The notes: generated from the letters alone by a model not told the origin. Counted from the stretch's first letter, positions 1 through 11,629 are shown. The stretch is DNA of 64,000 nucleotides from Lama guanicoe (GCA_013239625.1 MU053365.1:2142115-2206114); one strand, 5' to 3'. Numbers and translations: made by a program.

Positions 1-510
1 CACCAGGAACACACCATTGGATAAACGAGTTGCGTGTATTATTATATCACAAGGAGGAAGAAGGCACACCATGGGCACCTTGAGACATTTCTAGAAGAGG
101 GTGTTAAGAAGGACTTCTTTTAGGAAATACGTATAGACAGAAAGGTTTAGGGCTTGTGGCAGGTGGTTTGGGGAAAGCTTTAAGGAAGCACGGCTTTGTT
201 CTGGGTTGGATGCTTTCAGGAAGTGGGATAATTCCATAATTGGCTATTTTAATAAATATTATGCATGGAGAGGGCAGACCAGAGTTGAGCTAAAGCTGTG
301 ACTGGTTAAAAAAAAAATCAGTCACTCACATTAAGTAAGATTGGGGAATGTTTGGTATTCTTTGGCTTGGACAATGTTCATGTTTTGGCTGTGTTCAGAC
401 TTGACCTTGGAGTGGTCTTTTTCTCTTGATCTGTCATGGTCACAGAGTGGCCTTAATGGATGTTGATGTTCTGTGATATTGTTTAGCTTCTGGATTATCA
501 GTGGCTGTTT
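1..510 (-). mobile_element. Old LTR relic (ERVL/ERV1 class, family uncertain), truncated by window edge
   Basis: Resembles recalled eutherian LTR consensus blocks (ggctttgttctgggttggatgct..caggaag; ggtcacagagtggcctt..gatgttgatgttctgtga). Family and orientation not certain. Confidence 0.45.
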
Positions 511-3500
511 TCCTTGGGCCAACAGACGTTTTGTCAGAAGACAATGGTAGTTAATAGCATAAGCAACAGAGAAAAATTCTTCCGTTAGAGAAAGTAAGTG
601 CGTTAGGCCTGACAAGCAAAGCTCATGTCAGAATATGCTGTTAAATTAACAAGAAATGCTCCTGGATAGAAGAATGGAAGTGGAGAGAGATAAAGATACA
701 TTAAGATGTTCTTAAGTCTGTCTGTTTCATAAATAGTTCAAAGAGGCTTATTTAAGAGCCTATTTTGAGCTGGATTCCTAGTGAAAAGTAAAAGTGTCTA
801 AATGAGAACAATATACCCATTTTGCTCAGCACCAGAAAGCTCTATAATTTGCTGGAGAGATAATAGAACTGTTACACAGACAAAACCGAAGCTTGTAAGA
901 GTCTGTTTACCACTGGCCTAATAGTAAGTCATCCTTTCTTAGCCTTTTCATTTGCAATTGATTTCTGGAGGTTGGAAACAAGTTCGTGACTCTGGATTTT
1001 AAAGTCAGTAGGATGAATCTGCTGCCTCGTGTCATGCTGGGTTGGAGGCAGCACTGGATTTGAAGGAAATAGAAAGAAACTTGGACTCGTAAAATGAGTT
1101 TGGGCAGGAGGTCCGATAAGCAAAATGAGTGACGAGGACATAAATACTAGAGGGTCACATCCAGTTGACCTCCGAAATCTATGTCAATTGTCAGGCCGCA
1201 GGGGGCTGGTGGGGAACTAGAAAGTCGCACCAGATACACTGCGGCAGCCACAGAGGAAGAGTGGGGTCACTAAGGCAACTCCGGGTATTCTGCTCCGATT
1301 GCTGAGCTGAGCCTAAAGGCTTAACTTTGAAGGAGACAGTTCACCAGAAGAAAGCATAAAGATCTAAACAATGAACTGCTGAATGGATTAATATAGAGAG
1401 CCAAAGTAGGGAATAGAACCCTCTTAGATACAGATTTTTTGTCGTCTATCAGTGGTGATACTATTCTAGCTGGCATTTCTTCTGTTTTGTTTTTCATACC
1501 ATAGCCCACCTGCCTCACCTCCAGGAATGGGCTGTTCATGCTTCCCATGTGGTTCCCATTGCTTCTTGTAGCATCTCCGCATGCACCAAATTCACAACTA
1601 TCCTTTCATGAGAAAGTGCCAAGGCTGAGAAGAAGCAGAGGCACCCTGAGAAATCTAGGTCAGCTTCATACAGGAACAAGAGAACCCAGGATCCAGGACA
1701 GCAATTTGCTTCGAAGCTTCAAACTCTCTTACCAGGATGAGTATGCTTGCATCAAATGCCTCCCTATTTCCATTTGGAATGATTTCCCGTCTATCTTGTT
1801 TGGAAATCATCTCATGTCTTTTCACATGATTTAATCTAGAGTCGGTGCTTAACCTGTATTTGCCAGTTGACTCTTTGGCAATTTAATCTCAGCACTTCTC
1901 GGTTTCCCCAAAGGCCAGGCTTTCTAATTTGATTTCATTTTATGCCCACTCCCCACCCCCTGACCCTCACCAAATTATCCAACAATTTTCAGTGACAGCT
2001 GCACAGTCTACCAAACATCCTAGTAACTATTGGTAAAATTAACCAAAGCAAATAAACAAGTATCAAAGCACTGAACACAGCATCTATTTTTTTTTCTAGA
2101 AATCAAGAATTCTTTTCAGATGCAATGAAAAAAACCAAGTATCCATTCTGTTTATAAGGAGGTACAATTACAGTTGCAATTTATCAAATTAATGTTTGAC
2201 ACGAGAAAAGAGATGCCAGGTTCATGTGTCCTTTATTGTTCTATAAAAGCCTTGTGTCTGCCTGATTGCTCTATGAACACAAAATTTTTAAACTGTTGAT
2301 GAGTAAAAGATGAGCTATCAAGACATCTTGACCTACTTCAGAATGTGCCAAATCTCAGTATGTATAAATTCAATTATATAATATTTCAAAGAAACTCTTT
2401 CTGTGAATGTCAAAGGAAAATTGCAAAGTTATATTTAACATAATTCCAAAAATTCAGAAATTATATTTACATTGATTTTAAAATTATATCTCTTAAAGAA
2501 TCCACATGGTCAAAATACTTATCACCTAAATGTAGAATGTGTAAAATGTAAGTCAAAAACTACCAGCAGATAATAAATAGAGTAACTGCCCTGCTATTTC
2601 ATCACTTTGTTCCAGATTCTCAAAAGCCCCTGCAGAGATCCATTTCTGTCAGTCTATGCTACTTCTGAATAAAGAAATTGTGCACACAGTGGCCTCATGG
2701 TGGACTGAGTCTTACATCATATGTCATTACCATCTTCAAGTCATAAAATGTTATTAGGAGCTTTTCCAATTTTCACTGGGAAAGGCTGAGCAAGAATAAA
2801 AGAATTTGAGGATATAGCCAAAGAGCAAGTCTATCTTCAAATCTAGATTAGAAACAAAAGTTTCTGGAACGAAACCAAAAGCTCCACATTTAGCTTGGAA
2901 GGAACCTATTCCGATAAGGATGTGTGGCTGCCCTGGCCAACTTTATTTCCTTCCTATATTAGTTTCCCTTTCCCTTGGATCTCTTGCTGCTGTTTCACAC
3001 AACGGTCTTAGGTGAGGGGCGCAGGGTAGCTAAAAGAAATGTATGGAGGCACAATAGGTAACTAGCCACTGTTAATTTTGGGTGCAAGATGCATCTCTCT
3101 AGAATGATAAACTGATTACATTCCAGGCAACCTATATTATGGGGAAATTCATTATGTAACCTCCCTCATTCACAAAGGGATTAAGTTATGGAGGTACCCT
3201 CCCGGCCAAAACTCAGCTCCTCTGGTCCTGGGCGGGACCATGTGTTAGAACATGGAAAGGGGCTAGGACTTAGTAAAGCAGATAACTCTGGACACACCCT
3301 GCAGGTCAGCAGATCCCTCCCTTCTTGCATATGCATGTGCTTACACATGTGTGCGTGCACACAAGCGTGCATGCTCACCCGCTAGAAGCTAGGCAGAGCA
3401 AGGCCAGAGTAGAAGCAGAGGACGTAGGAGGGAAGGTGCCTAGTCAGCACCTCAGTGAGCGAGATGAGAAGAGAGCTTAATATTTTTCAAAAGATTATTA

Positions 3501-5109
3501 GAATAATTACTTTTTCAGATGTATTTCTCCATTATTAAGTCACACTTAAGGCCACGAATATCATGCATCACAAAATATTAACATTTATTCGGACTCACAT
3601 ACTGACAGAGACTGGAGCGTTTCACCTGCCTCTTTATCACTGAAACGTAAAATCAGTCCTTTTCCTTTTGTTGTTTGTGACTCCTGTTACAGTGATCCGG
3701 TAGCCAAGATTCTTCTGGTTGCAACTGACAGATGGACTCAAACTCTATCCAGCCATTAAAGGGGTTTTACTGGTTTATGAAACCAGGTCGGAAGGACAGG
3801 GTTTGGCAAGAGTTGGTGGCTGAGCACGTGAGGAGGTTTGGCAGTGTTGCTCTTTGAGTCCCCCTCACTTGTAGGCATCAAGGAGAGTACAAGTACCAGG
3901 GTAAACTGACACCCTGGTGAATAACATGGCTGCCGGGACTGATCGGGGCTGCTGACCACTGCGTATGACTTTTATTTTATGCATTCTATATTCAGCATCG
4001 CAGAGGCCCCTCTCCCCCCGCAAAATGAAAATTCAATGGAATTATAAGGAATAATGAATATGTAAAATAGTCACATATGAACATTTCCTTTGGGGTTTGT
4101 GGTGGCCACAGTACACACAGAGCAGCTGCTGTCATATGCTTTGTGGAATTATTGTAATCTCTCTCTGGAATTTCAGCTGTGTTGGGCCAATTTGTTCCGC
4201 TCCGATTTAATATAATGCTCTGTCTGACTAGGTGTAGATATTTTAAACCACAGATTGCAGTCCCTCCCCCCCACACACACATACCTTTTGAAACACTTAT
4301 ACTTTTCGGGTTGATTACCCCAATTAACCGAGAGTAGGCTGAAGCTGAAGTGAAAAGGAACACCGTAACCATTATTTACTTCTAGGAAGCAAGAAAATAA
4401 AGTGGCTTTTATCAAAACACAGATTTCAGAAGAGACAGATGAAAGAAAAGTAGATGACTATAAGAGTGCTCTAAACCCGTGAGGGAAACTGCTGCCCAGT
4501 TTCAGGGAAGGCTGGGTGCCATGGGAGAGAGAGGGCCCGTCCAGGCGCCTTCTGGGAGATAACAGTGTCTGCCTCTGGAAGAGTATTCCGCAGTGGTATA
4601 CAGGTGGAGGGAGGGTGTCAGCATGTGAGATAGAAAGGCAGAGAGCAGAAGGCGAGTCAGAGGATGCTGAAGTCTGGATGGTGACCCATTGCCTGTTTCC
4701 ATAGAGATAATGCTGTGTAGGTCATGGGCATCAGCCCAAAGTCACAGGCCATGGGCCACGTGACCAGGAACCTCTTCAGTACCCAGGGGGAAAACAAAGT
4801 TTTTTGCTCTAATAGAAGTGTCTTTTCTTTTTCCTTTAAAATATTGATTAGTCATTCTGGAATGTTCCAAGGATATAGAAAAAAAGAAAAAAGAAAAACA
4901 AACATGTATCCACCTCCAGTGAACAAATGATAATTGATCCTTTGGTTGTTTACCTCAAATCCTTGTTGGGGTGCAAAAGTAAAGGCCTGGAGACTGCTAG
5001 TTGGCCCAGAAGATCTCTTTGTGCCTTTTTCTTCAGTAGCAGAACCCCTGGCAGAGCTGTGCACAGGGCTTCTGAGAAGCAAAAGCCATACACCCTAGCC
5101 CCCTTCCAG

Positions 5110-5280
5110 GCTCTCTGGGACAGCGTGACTCAGTTACAGCCAATGAGATGTGAGTGGAAGGGGCGCCCCCTCCCCCGTCCCCTTTGCTGAACATTTCATA
5201 GCAACTGTGAGCAATAAACTTCTGCTGTTTAGAAGCCACTCAGTCTATGGCATTCTATTTTAACAGCTCAAACAAAGACA
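5110..5280 (+). mobile_element. MLT1 (MaLR) LTR 3' fragment
   Basis: Typical MaLR 3' end: aactgtgagcaataaacttctgctgtttagaagccactcagtctatggcattct. Confidence 0.7.
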
Positions 5281-5284
5281 GTTT

Positions 5285-5730
5285 AGGACACACTGATTTT
5301 GAGATGTCTAATGGACATTCAGTTGGAGATGCTCAGTAAGCAGCTGGATGTGTGTATTGGGAGTTCAACGCAGGGATCTAGCGGGAGATAAAAATCTGGG
5401 CATCGTTAAGAGTATAGGTGGCGTGGAAAGCCATAATCCTGGATGAGATGACATAGGGAATTATTGCAAATTGAAAAGACACGCAAAGAGCAAGTTTTAG
5501 GCACTTCACTGGACGTTGCAGAGCTGTGGGGGATCTGGCAAGGGAGACTGAGAAGGACAAAGCAGATGTGTAAGAGGAAACCGGAAGTGAATGTCTCAGC
5601 CAGGTGAAGACAGGATTTCAGGAAGCTGACAGTAATCACTGTGTCCACTGCTATTTAAAGATCAGGAAGTGAGAGGAATGAGAATGTACTGTGAGACGGA
5701 GAAATGTGGGTGTAATTTGCTAACCGTTAC
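5285..5730 (-). mobile_element. L2 LINE fragment
   Basis: L2-like purine-rich blocks (ggagatgctcagtaagcagctggatgtgtgt, ctggatgagatgac). Confidence 0.65.
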
Positions 5731-6970
5731 ATGGGCTGCTTTAGTGAATCCTTGTTTTACTATTTTCACCAGGTAAGGATTATATTATCTCCAAGTTAGA
5801 AGGATATAAAAGACCTCCATCTAACCATTCAGCCCAGATTACAGGTTCCTTGACAACTGTTCGTACAGCCTTTGCTTACGCCCTTCCAGTAGCAGTTAGC
5901 TCTCAACTGTGTAAAAGAATCATTTCCATTTTTGGCCCTAATGGCTCCTCGTGTTCAATATGTGTGCATTTTAATTTCTACCCATTGTTCAAAGTTCTGC
6001 TTCTGTGGTCACTCAGTACACAGCACTGCTATCAAGTATACAGATGGCACTTCAGATATTTTGAAAAATCTCTGATTCTTTAACTTCCACCAGATCTGAG
6101 CCAGGTCTGCCTAGCTACCACCCAGGTTCAGGGGGACCATGCTTTGGTCGCATCTCGCCACCCTACTCTCCAGTGAAATGCAGTAGAAGAAGGTCCTTTC
6201 AAGAGCACTGTTCTCCACTCCCACCTCCAATCATGGCGCCTCTCCTCCAGGCCCTGGTGCGCTGACTGATTGTCATTCATCCTTCTGTGCCTTGTCCATT
6301 ATCCAGCCATTGCAAGGGGGAAATGGCTGATCAGAAGCCTGATGTTGACAACCTTGTCATTGCTTTACCTGTTCAGCAGCCCTTACCCCAAGCGCACAAT
6401 GAGGACAACGCAGGCACTTTCCAGGTACTCTGAGCAGTGGCCCCTAGATCCAGTACCACCTAAAACCCATTCCAGACCCCAATGTCAACTCACCCTAACA
6501 TGGCGTCGGGGTGTGAAGTCAGAAAACATGGTGGCCCCACTATAATGCTGCTACAGGCTCACTCTGGGGAGCAAGGAGATGACCTCATCCCATTTACTAA
6601 GCCTACCTGTCACCCTTGTGTGAAAGAATGTTCCAGAAGAAAGTAGGTACAGAGGGAGGGTTGTCACACGAGTGGGTAAAAGTCAGTGGCTCTCTGACAA
6701 AACAAACATCCAGAGAAACTTCTGAGAGGAGCTATCAAGGCCAGCCCTCCGCCAGTCAGCCTCGAGTGGGGGCCGGTCCCACTTCGAGCCCGCTGCCCTG
6801 TCGGCCACGGCCCCTCCCATCACCTCAGCTCCGGCGCGAGTACAACGCCAGGAGCCGGCGCAGCGCGCGCTTACCTAGGCCCAGGCCCGGGCGGCCGCCA
6901 GCGCCGTCGCCGCGGCTCCGTGAGGACTTCAGCGAGGCCCACACGGAATGGGCCCTCTGCCCCCCCTTAC

Positions 6971-7092
6971 CAGTCATCGACAGTAACAACAGCCCGAAGG
7001 CTTTTTTCAACGACACATTTTCTAATGAGCGCCGCCTCGGCGCCCCTGGGCTCCGGGGTACCCAGCAGAGGCACAGCGGCCTCGCCAGCGCC
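6971..7092 (-). other. Probable first exon of an unidentified leftward-transcribed gene (5' end hidden in N gap)
   Basis: Inside CpG island; ends at minus-strand donor CTG|GTAAGG (6971/6970); second strong donor TAG|GTAAGC at 6875/6874. Translations match no protein I recognise, so it may be 5' UTR. Confidence 0.55.
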
Positions 7093-7175
7093 NNNNNNNN
7101 NNNNNNNNNNNNNNNNNNNNNNNNNNNNNNNNNNNNNNNNNNNNNNNNNNNNNNNNNNNNNNNNNNNNNNNNNNN
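7093..7175. other. Assembly gap (83 N)
   Basis: Run of N within the GC-rich island. Confidence 1.
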
Positions 7176-7369
7176 GCCCCCTCCGCGGGGCCGCCCCACG
7201 GCCCGGAGCGCTCCCCCGCCTCACGGCCCTGCGCCCCCGGCGCGCGGCGCCCAGCGCGCTGTCAGGTGACTCCACAAAGCTCGCAGTGCTCACCTTGTGT
7301 GCCGCTGGTTGTTTTCTTTAACTATAGTGAAAATTAGGGTTACTTCTACTGAGTCACACAGTCACAGAC

Positions 7370-8180
7370 ATAGTTGTGGTTAGTTATAGTTACTACCTTT
7401 TTATGGCTACTAGTTATAGTCATGATTGATTATGACTAATATTGTTCCTTATAGTCATTAACTAGTTGTGCTTACAGGTTGTGGCTACTAACTAGTTGTG
7501 GCTCCTGGTTAATGCCTGATAACTCGTTTTGGTTACTAGCTATTATTACTCATTAGCCCTGGTTACTAATTTTTGTGTGATAACTAGTTGTGACTACCAG
7601 GTATAGCTGCAAACTAGTTCTGATTACAAAGTTTACAGTCTAGTCTCAGTCAACAAATTATAGCTGCTAGCTAGTTATGGTTACCAGGTTACGCTATTAA
7701 CTAGTTTCAGTTACAAGTTTTGTGGATCTAGCTACTTTCCTTTCTGGATTGGGCTACTAACTAGTCCAGTTACCATTGTGTGATAGCCAACTAGTCATGA
7801 TCATCAGGTTGGGCTTGTTAAGTAGTTACTTGTTTATAGCTGCTAACTAGTTGTAGTTACTAGGTATCACTGTTGACTAGTTTCAGTTACCAGTTTGTGA
7901 CTGCCAACTAGGTCTGGTTTCTGGTTGTTGCAACTAACTAGTTAGGTTACTAAGTTGTACTACTAATAACTTGAAATTACCAGTCTGTGACCATTAATTA
8001 GTTTTGGTTGCTGCTTTGTGGGTGTTAACCAGTTACGGCTCCAACGTGCAGTTTCTGGTTTGTGGCTTCTAACTAGTTGTGGTTGCTAGGTGCTGCTACT
8101 AATTGTGTTCACTAGGTGTTACTTTGGTTAATCGTGATTATTGACGTGACTACTAACTGTGGCTGATAGCTGTGGTTAAT
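7370..8180. repeat. Degenerate ~30-bp tandem array, approx. consensus AACTAGTTGTGGTTACYAGGTTRTRGCTRCT
   Basis: Perfect ACTAGT at 7409, 7461, 7491, 7583, 7613, 7700, 7760, 7790, 7846, 7876, 7937, 8072; spacings mostly multiples of ~30, with degenerate copies in the intervening phase positions. Confidence 0.85.
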
Positions 8181-8497
8181 TGGAGCTGTGATTCGTAATG
8201 CTTATGGCTGTTGTACCTATGGTTAGGTCGGTTATGTGTATATTTAAACAGAGTCTTGCTCACTTACCAAGTCCAAGTTAAACTCTTTCCTCCTCTAAGA
8301 TCTTCCCAGATGCTTACGATCAGGATCCGTCCCTCCTTCTCCCCCAAGGCTGTGCACACAAGCTTAGTGCAGCACTGTGCGCGTTCTAGTCATATGTCTC
8401 TGTTTGCTTCGTTCAGTGGATTATGAGCTCCTGGGTGACAGAGCCGCATGCCTACCATTTCTACACGCACTAGAGCAAGGAAGTGGGTCTTAAAGCG

Positions 8498-8505
8498 TGA
8501 CGTCA
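8498..8505. promoter_or_regulatory. Full palindromic CRE (TGACGTCA)
   Basis: Exact consensus with CpG retained, ~1.2 kb from the CpG island; function not shown. Confidence 0.4.
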
Positions 8506-8654
8506 GTCACAGTTAACATCACTCAGAATAGAATATCAGAGTGTGAAATGGTTTACTTTACTCTGGTATGCGCATGCACATGGGTATAGACCTATACATA
8601 TATACTGATTCTAGATTGTACCAAAACTATAGCCCTGGTTCTACTCTGATAGAC

Positions 8655-9095
8655 GTTCATTCGCTCATTCAGCAAGTATTTATCAAGCACTAATCCCGAC
8701 CTGTGGAACAGAGCTGTGAACAAAACAGACAAAGATTCTTGCCCTTGTCTGGCTTACCTTCTAGTGGCATGGGATGGACAATCAACTCTAGAGACAATAA
8801 GTATACAGTAAGTGAGAAAGTGTAGTGCTACGGAATAAAGAAGATGTGGAGTAGGTAAAGGGGACTGGAGGTACCTTGGAGTGAGGGGAAGGCTGCTATT
8901 TGTAAAAAGAATGGGGTTACTGTAGGCCTCAGTGAACAGGTGGGATTTGATTTGAAAGGCGTAAAGGCGACAGTGATGTGGATGCCTAAGGGGAAGGCAT
9001 TCCAGGAACAGCCAGTGCCCAGACCCTAGTCAGGGAATGAAGCTGCTATGATTAGGGGACAGCAGGGAGGCCAGGGTGGCCGAAGCAGAGTGAAG
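8655..9095 (-). mobile_element. L2 3' fragment
   Basis: cattcgctcattcagcaagtatttatcaagcac..gtgaacaaaacagacaaa is the reverse complement of the L2 3' end. Confidence 0.75.
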
Positions 9096-9814
9096 TAACC
9101 ACATCCTGCTCCCCCTCACCATGCACCCGACGTGCCTTGCACCCGACACACTGCTCCCTCCCCATCTCCGCCTCACTCTGAGCTACCATCTGGCATCCTC
9201 TGTCCCCACTCACAGGACTTAGACAACCAGCTTTCCTCTCTCTGGACGGTTTCTACATCAGCTCACTAGGGTGACCGACCTCCCCAGCCACATGCATGTC
9301 CCAGGACCATGGCTCGTTCCAGCCTGCTCTTCCAGTGTATGGGCAAAGTTATCCTCCAGTACAGAAATGTCACTCAGCACTGCTCCTTGCTCACCTGCCT
9401 GTTACGGTCCAGGCAGGAGGCCCTCCCCCTGGCTCGGGGAAGGAGGCTAGGGAGGTGTTCTTGGTTCCTGGAGGTTCCAGGGACAGGAAGGAATGGGGCA
9501 TCAGGAACTCTGGACTGCAGTCCTTGGCTGAGTCACAAAGGCTGACAGGAGAACTGCAGATCCATCGCCTGTGCCTGGTGGGCAGCGTATCAGGCACATT
9601 AGCCCGTGTGACCTGCCCGAGGGTCCAGGTCAGGTTCAGGGAACTCAAAGGACTTTCCCAAGTTCACACAGCCTGAGTCTTGGAGTTGGCGTTTGCATAG
9701 GACTCCTATCTTTCTCTTTCTATTTTTTGAAAAATATACTTTAAACATTTTTTATGAATTCCATGTTTGATTTTTATTTTAACACAATGTTTAAGAAGTT
9801 AAATCCTACACAGC

Positions 9815-9921
9815 TTTTTTTTTTTTTTAAAGAGAAGTAAGCCTTTATTTCTGTGTTTCACAAATCAAGCTGGCTGAGTCGGTTGCTTTGCAGTGATTAC
9901 TCAGAGACCAAATCCCACATC
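9815..9921 (-). pseudogene. RPLP0: 5'-truncated processed pseudogene fragment of ribosomal protein P0 (last codons, 3' UTR, polyA)
   Basis: Minus strand reads GATGTGGGATTTGGTCTCTGAGTAATCACTGCAAAGCAACCGACTCAGCCAGC..GAAATAAAGGCTTACTTCTCTTT then A14. This matches the recalled RPLP0 mRNA end (DMGFGLFD* ..AAGCAACCAACTTAGCCAG..AATAAAGGCTTACTTC). Confidence 0.8.
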
Positions 9922-11409
9922 TGGGCTCTCAACCTTGTACTGCGCTCACTCAAGCCCCAAGTCATCTGTGGGCACATGAGACTAGACACATCATAGGATC
10001 CCATCCAATCTCTAAAGTGTGGTGATTCTGGTCAAAAGACAAAGCCTACGAGAATAGCTACTCTGCCATCCTTTTCTAGCTTGCTTCTTAATGGCTCAGA
10101 TGGCTCGCAGTTGGTGTCTCTGTATTAGGTGGGAAAGGTGCTTTCGTGGCATGTGAGATTTTAAGCCTGCCAGCAGACAGGCAGACAGACCCCAGGCTCA
10201 TTCTTCCATCCAGGGGGGGTTCTTATCCCCATTCAGATTAAGTAGCTTTGCAGTCCCTTCATGTCTACAGCCTGGACCTCAGACCACTGGCCACAGGAGT
10301 AGGCAGACAAGCAAGGGAGGCTGGGTTGGTGGGTGTATGTTTAGCCTCATGACTGGAAAAAGCTCACTGTGCTTGGCCTTCTTGCACTGGAGCAAGCGCA
10401 GAATAGCATGTAAGGTGAGCATATGGGAATAGCAAATGGGCACTGCACCTGTTTTTTAGGGTTCCCTGCTTTGGGGGAAGACTCAATGTGCAATCTCAAT
10501 CTCAATTTTTGGAAAAAAAAATGAAACAAATTGTCTCTGTAACAGGTAAGAAAGTTTTTGGTCGAGGATATGAAGTGTGACTGGATAATAATGAGACTGG
10601 AATCTTACTGATTCAATTCAGCAAATGTTTATCTGGATGAAGGACATCGAGCCAGTCACAAAAGTGGCTGCAGAGATTAGTCAGCCAGATTCTCTGACTT
10701 GAAGGGACATGGAACAAAAACATATGCAACGTGGGGGTCAAAGTTTCTCTGACACTGTTGACAGAGGGAAAAAATGAGAAAAAAACCCTTTATCACACTG
10801 GGGACTCAACCCAAAGGAAGAGAGAGTTGGGGTACATGGGGTCCATTTTGGAATAGTGGTTCATGGTGGACCTAAACCAGGCAGCTCACCAAGGTGGTTT
10901 CCAAGAGAACTTCTTTACATTCATTCACAGAAGGGATTAAAAAGTTGAATGAGCCAGGGAATCTTTCAGGGATGGGGAGACCTATGGTTATTTAAAGGTT
11001 CAAGGTCAGATGAAATAGCTAAAATATTCTGGCAAGAGACCATCTTTCTCTTTGGGACTCAAGGGCACAGCTGCAAGAATTATGTGAAAAGGCCCTGATT
11101 TAGAAGGACCCCAAAACTCTGCTGACCACCTAGGAGCATCATATGCCACCGAGGCCATGGGAAGGGCAGGGCGGTCACAACACTGCCTGGCTGCCTAGAG
11201 TCAAGTGCCACTGCGATTGTCTTCAAGGTTGGTGCAGCCTTCAAACACTCACATCACTGTCACCATAAATCAATATGGAGAATGCTACAAGATGAGACCC
11301 ACAAGTATTTTGAGCAATGGTGAGGCATCATTTAGCCTCCCCAAGTCAAAAGCCTCATTGAAAAAATAAAACCCACATTTTTATTAAAACCATCATTTTG
11401 TAATAATAA

Positions 11410-11615
11410 CTCATGGTTTAATAACACTTGCTATGAAACAAAGCATGCATTCATCTTTAACCTCGTGTATTCTGCATAACAATCCCACAATACAATGCGG
11501 GCAGGACAGAAAACATCTCTGCATTCTAGATTAAGGAATTGGCACGCTGAGAGGTTAATTGATTTGTGCAAACACACTTAGCCTAACAAAGAGTGGAGCC
11601 GGAATTCAGTTCACT
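11410..11615 (-). mobile_element. MIR SINE
   Basis: MIR core reverse complement (gagaggttaattgatttg..aaagagtggagccggaattca). Confidence 0.6.
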
Positions 11616-11629
11616 TCAACAGACACAGC

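Larger units (their letters stand above)
6750..7310. promoter_or_regulatory. CpG island / probable promoter
   Basis: Abruptly GC-rich with dense CpGs (gcgcagcgcgcgc, ccgcggctccg, cggcgcgcggcgc) against a CpG-depleted background; contains an assembly gap. Confidence 0.9.

Noticed and set aside
1733..1836. Possible minus-strand exon (donor CTG|GTAAGA; open frame LNHVKRHEMISKQDRREII..)
   Set aside because: Weak acceptor, peptide not recognised; chance occurrence is plausible.
3325..3375. Alternating purine-pyrimidine tract (Z-DNA candidate)
   Set aside because: Short, interrupted, degenerate microsatellite of a common kind.
6616..7321. Long GC-rich ORFs on both strands (217, 133, 124, 108 aa)
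   Set aside because: Expected in stop-poor CpG islands, inflated by the N gap, and no recognisable protein similarity.
7370..8180. Array as a CRISPR locus or mucin-like Thr/Ser coding repeat
   Set aside because: Mammalian context, no cas genes, and the 'spacers' are homologous to each other. Both strands are full of TAG/TAA stops and unit length varies by 1 nt.
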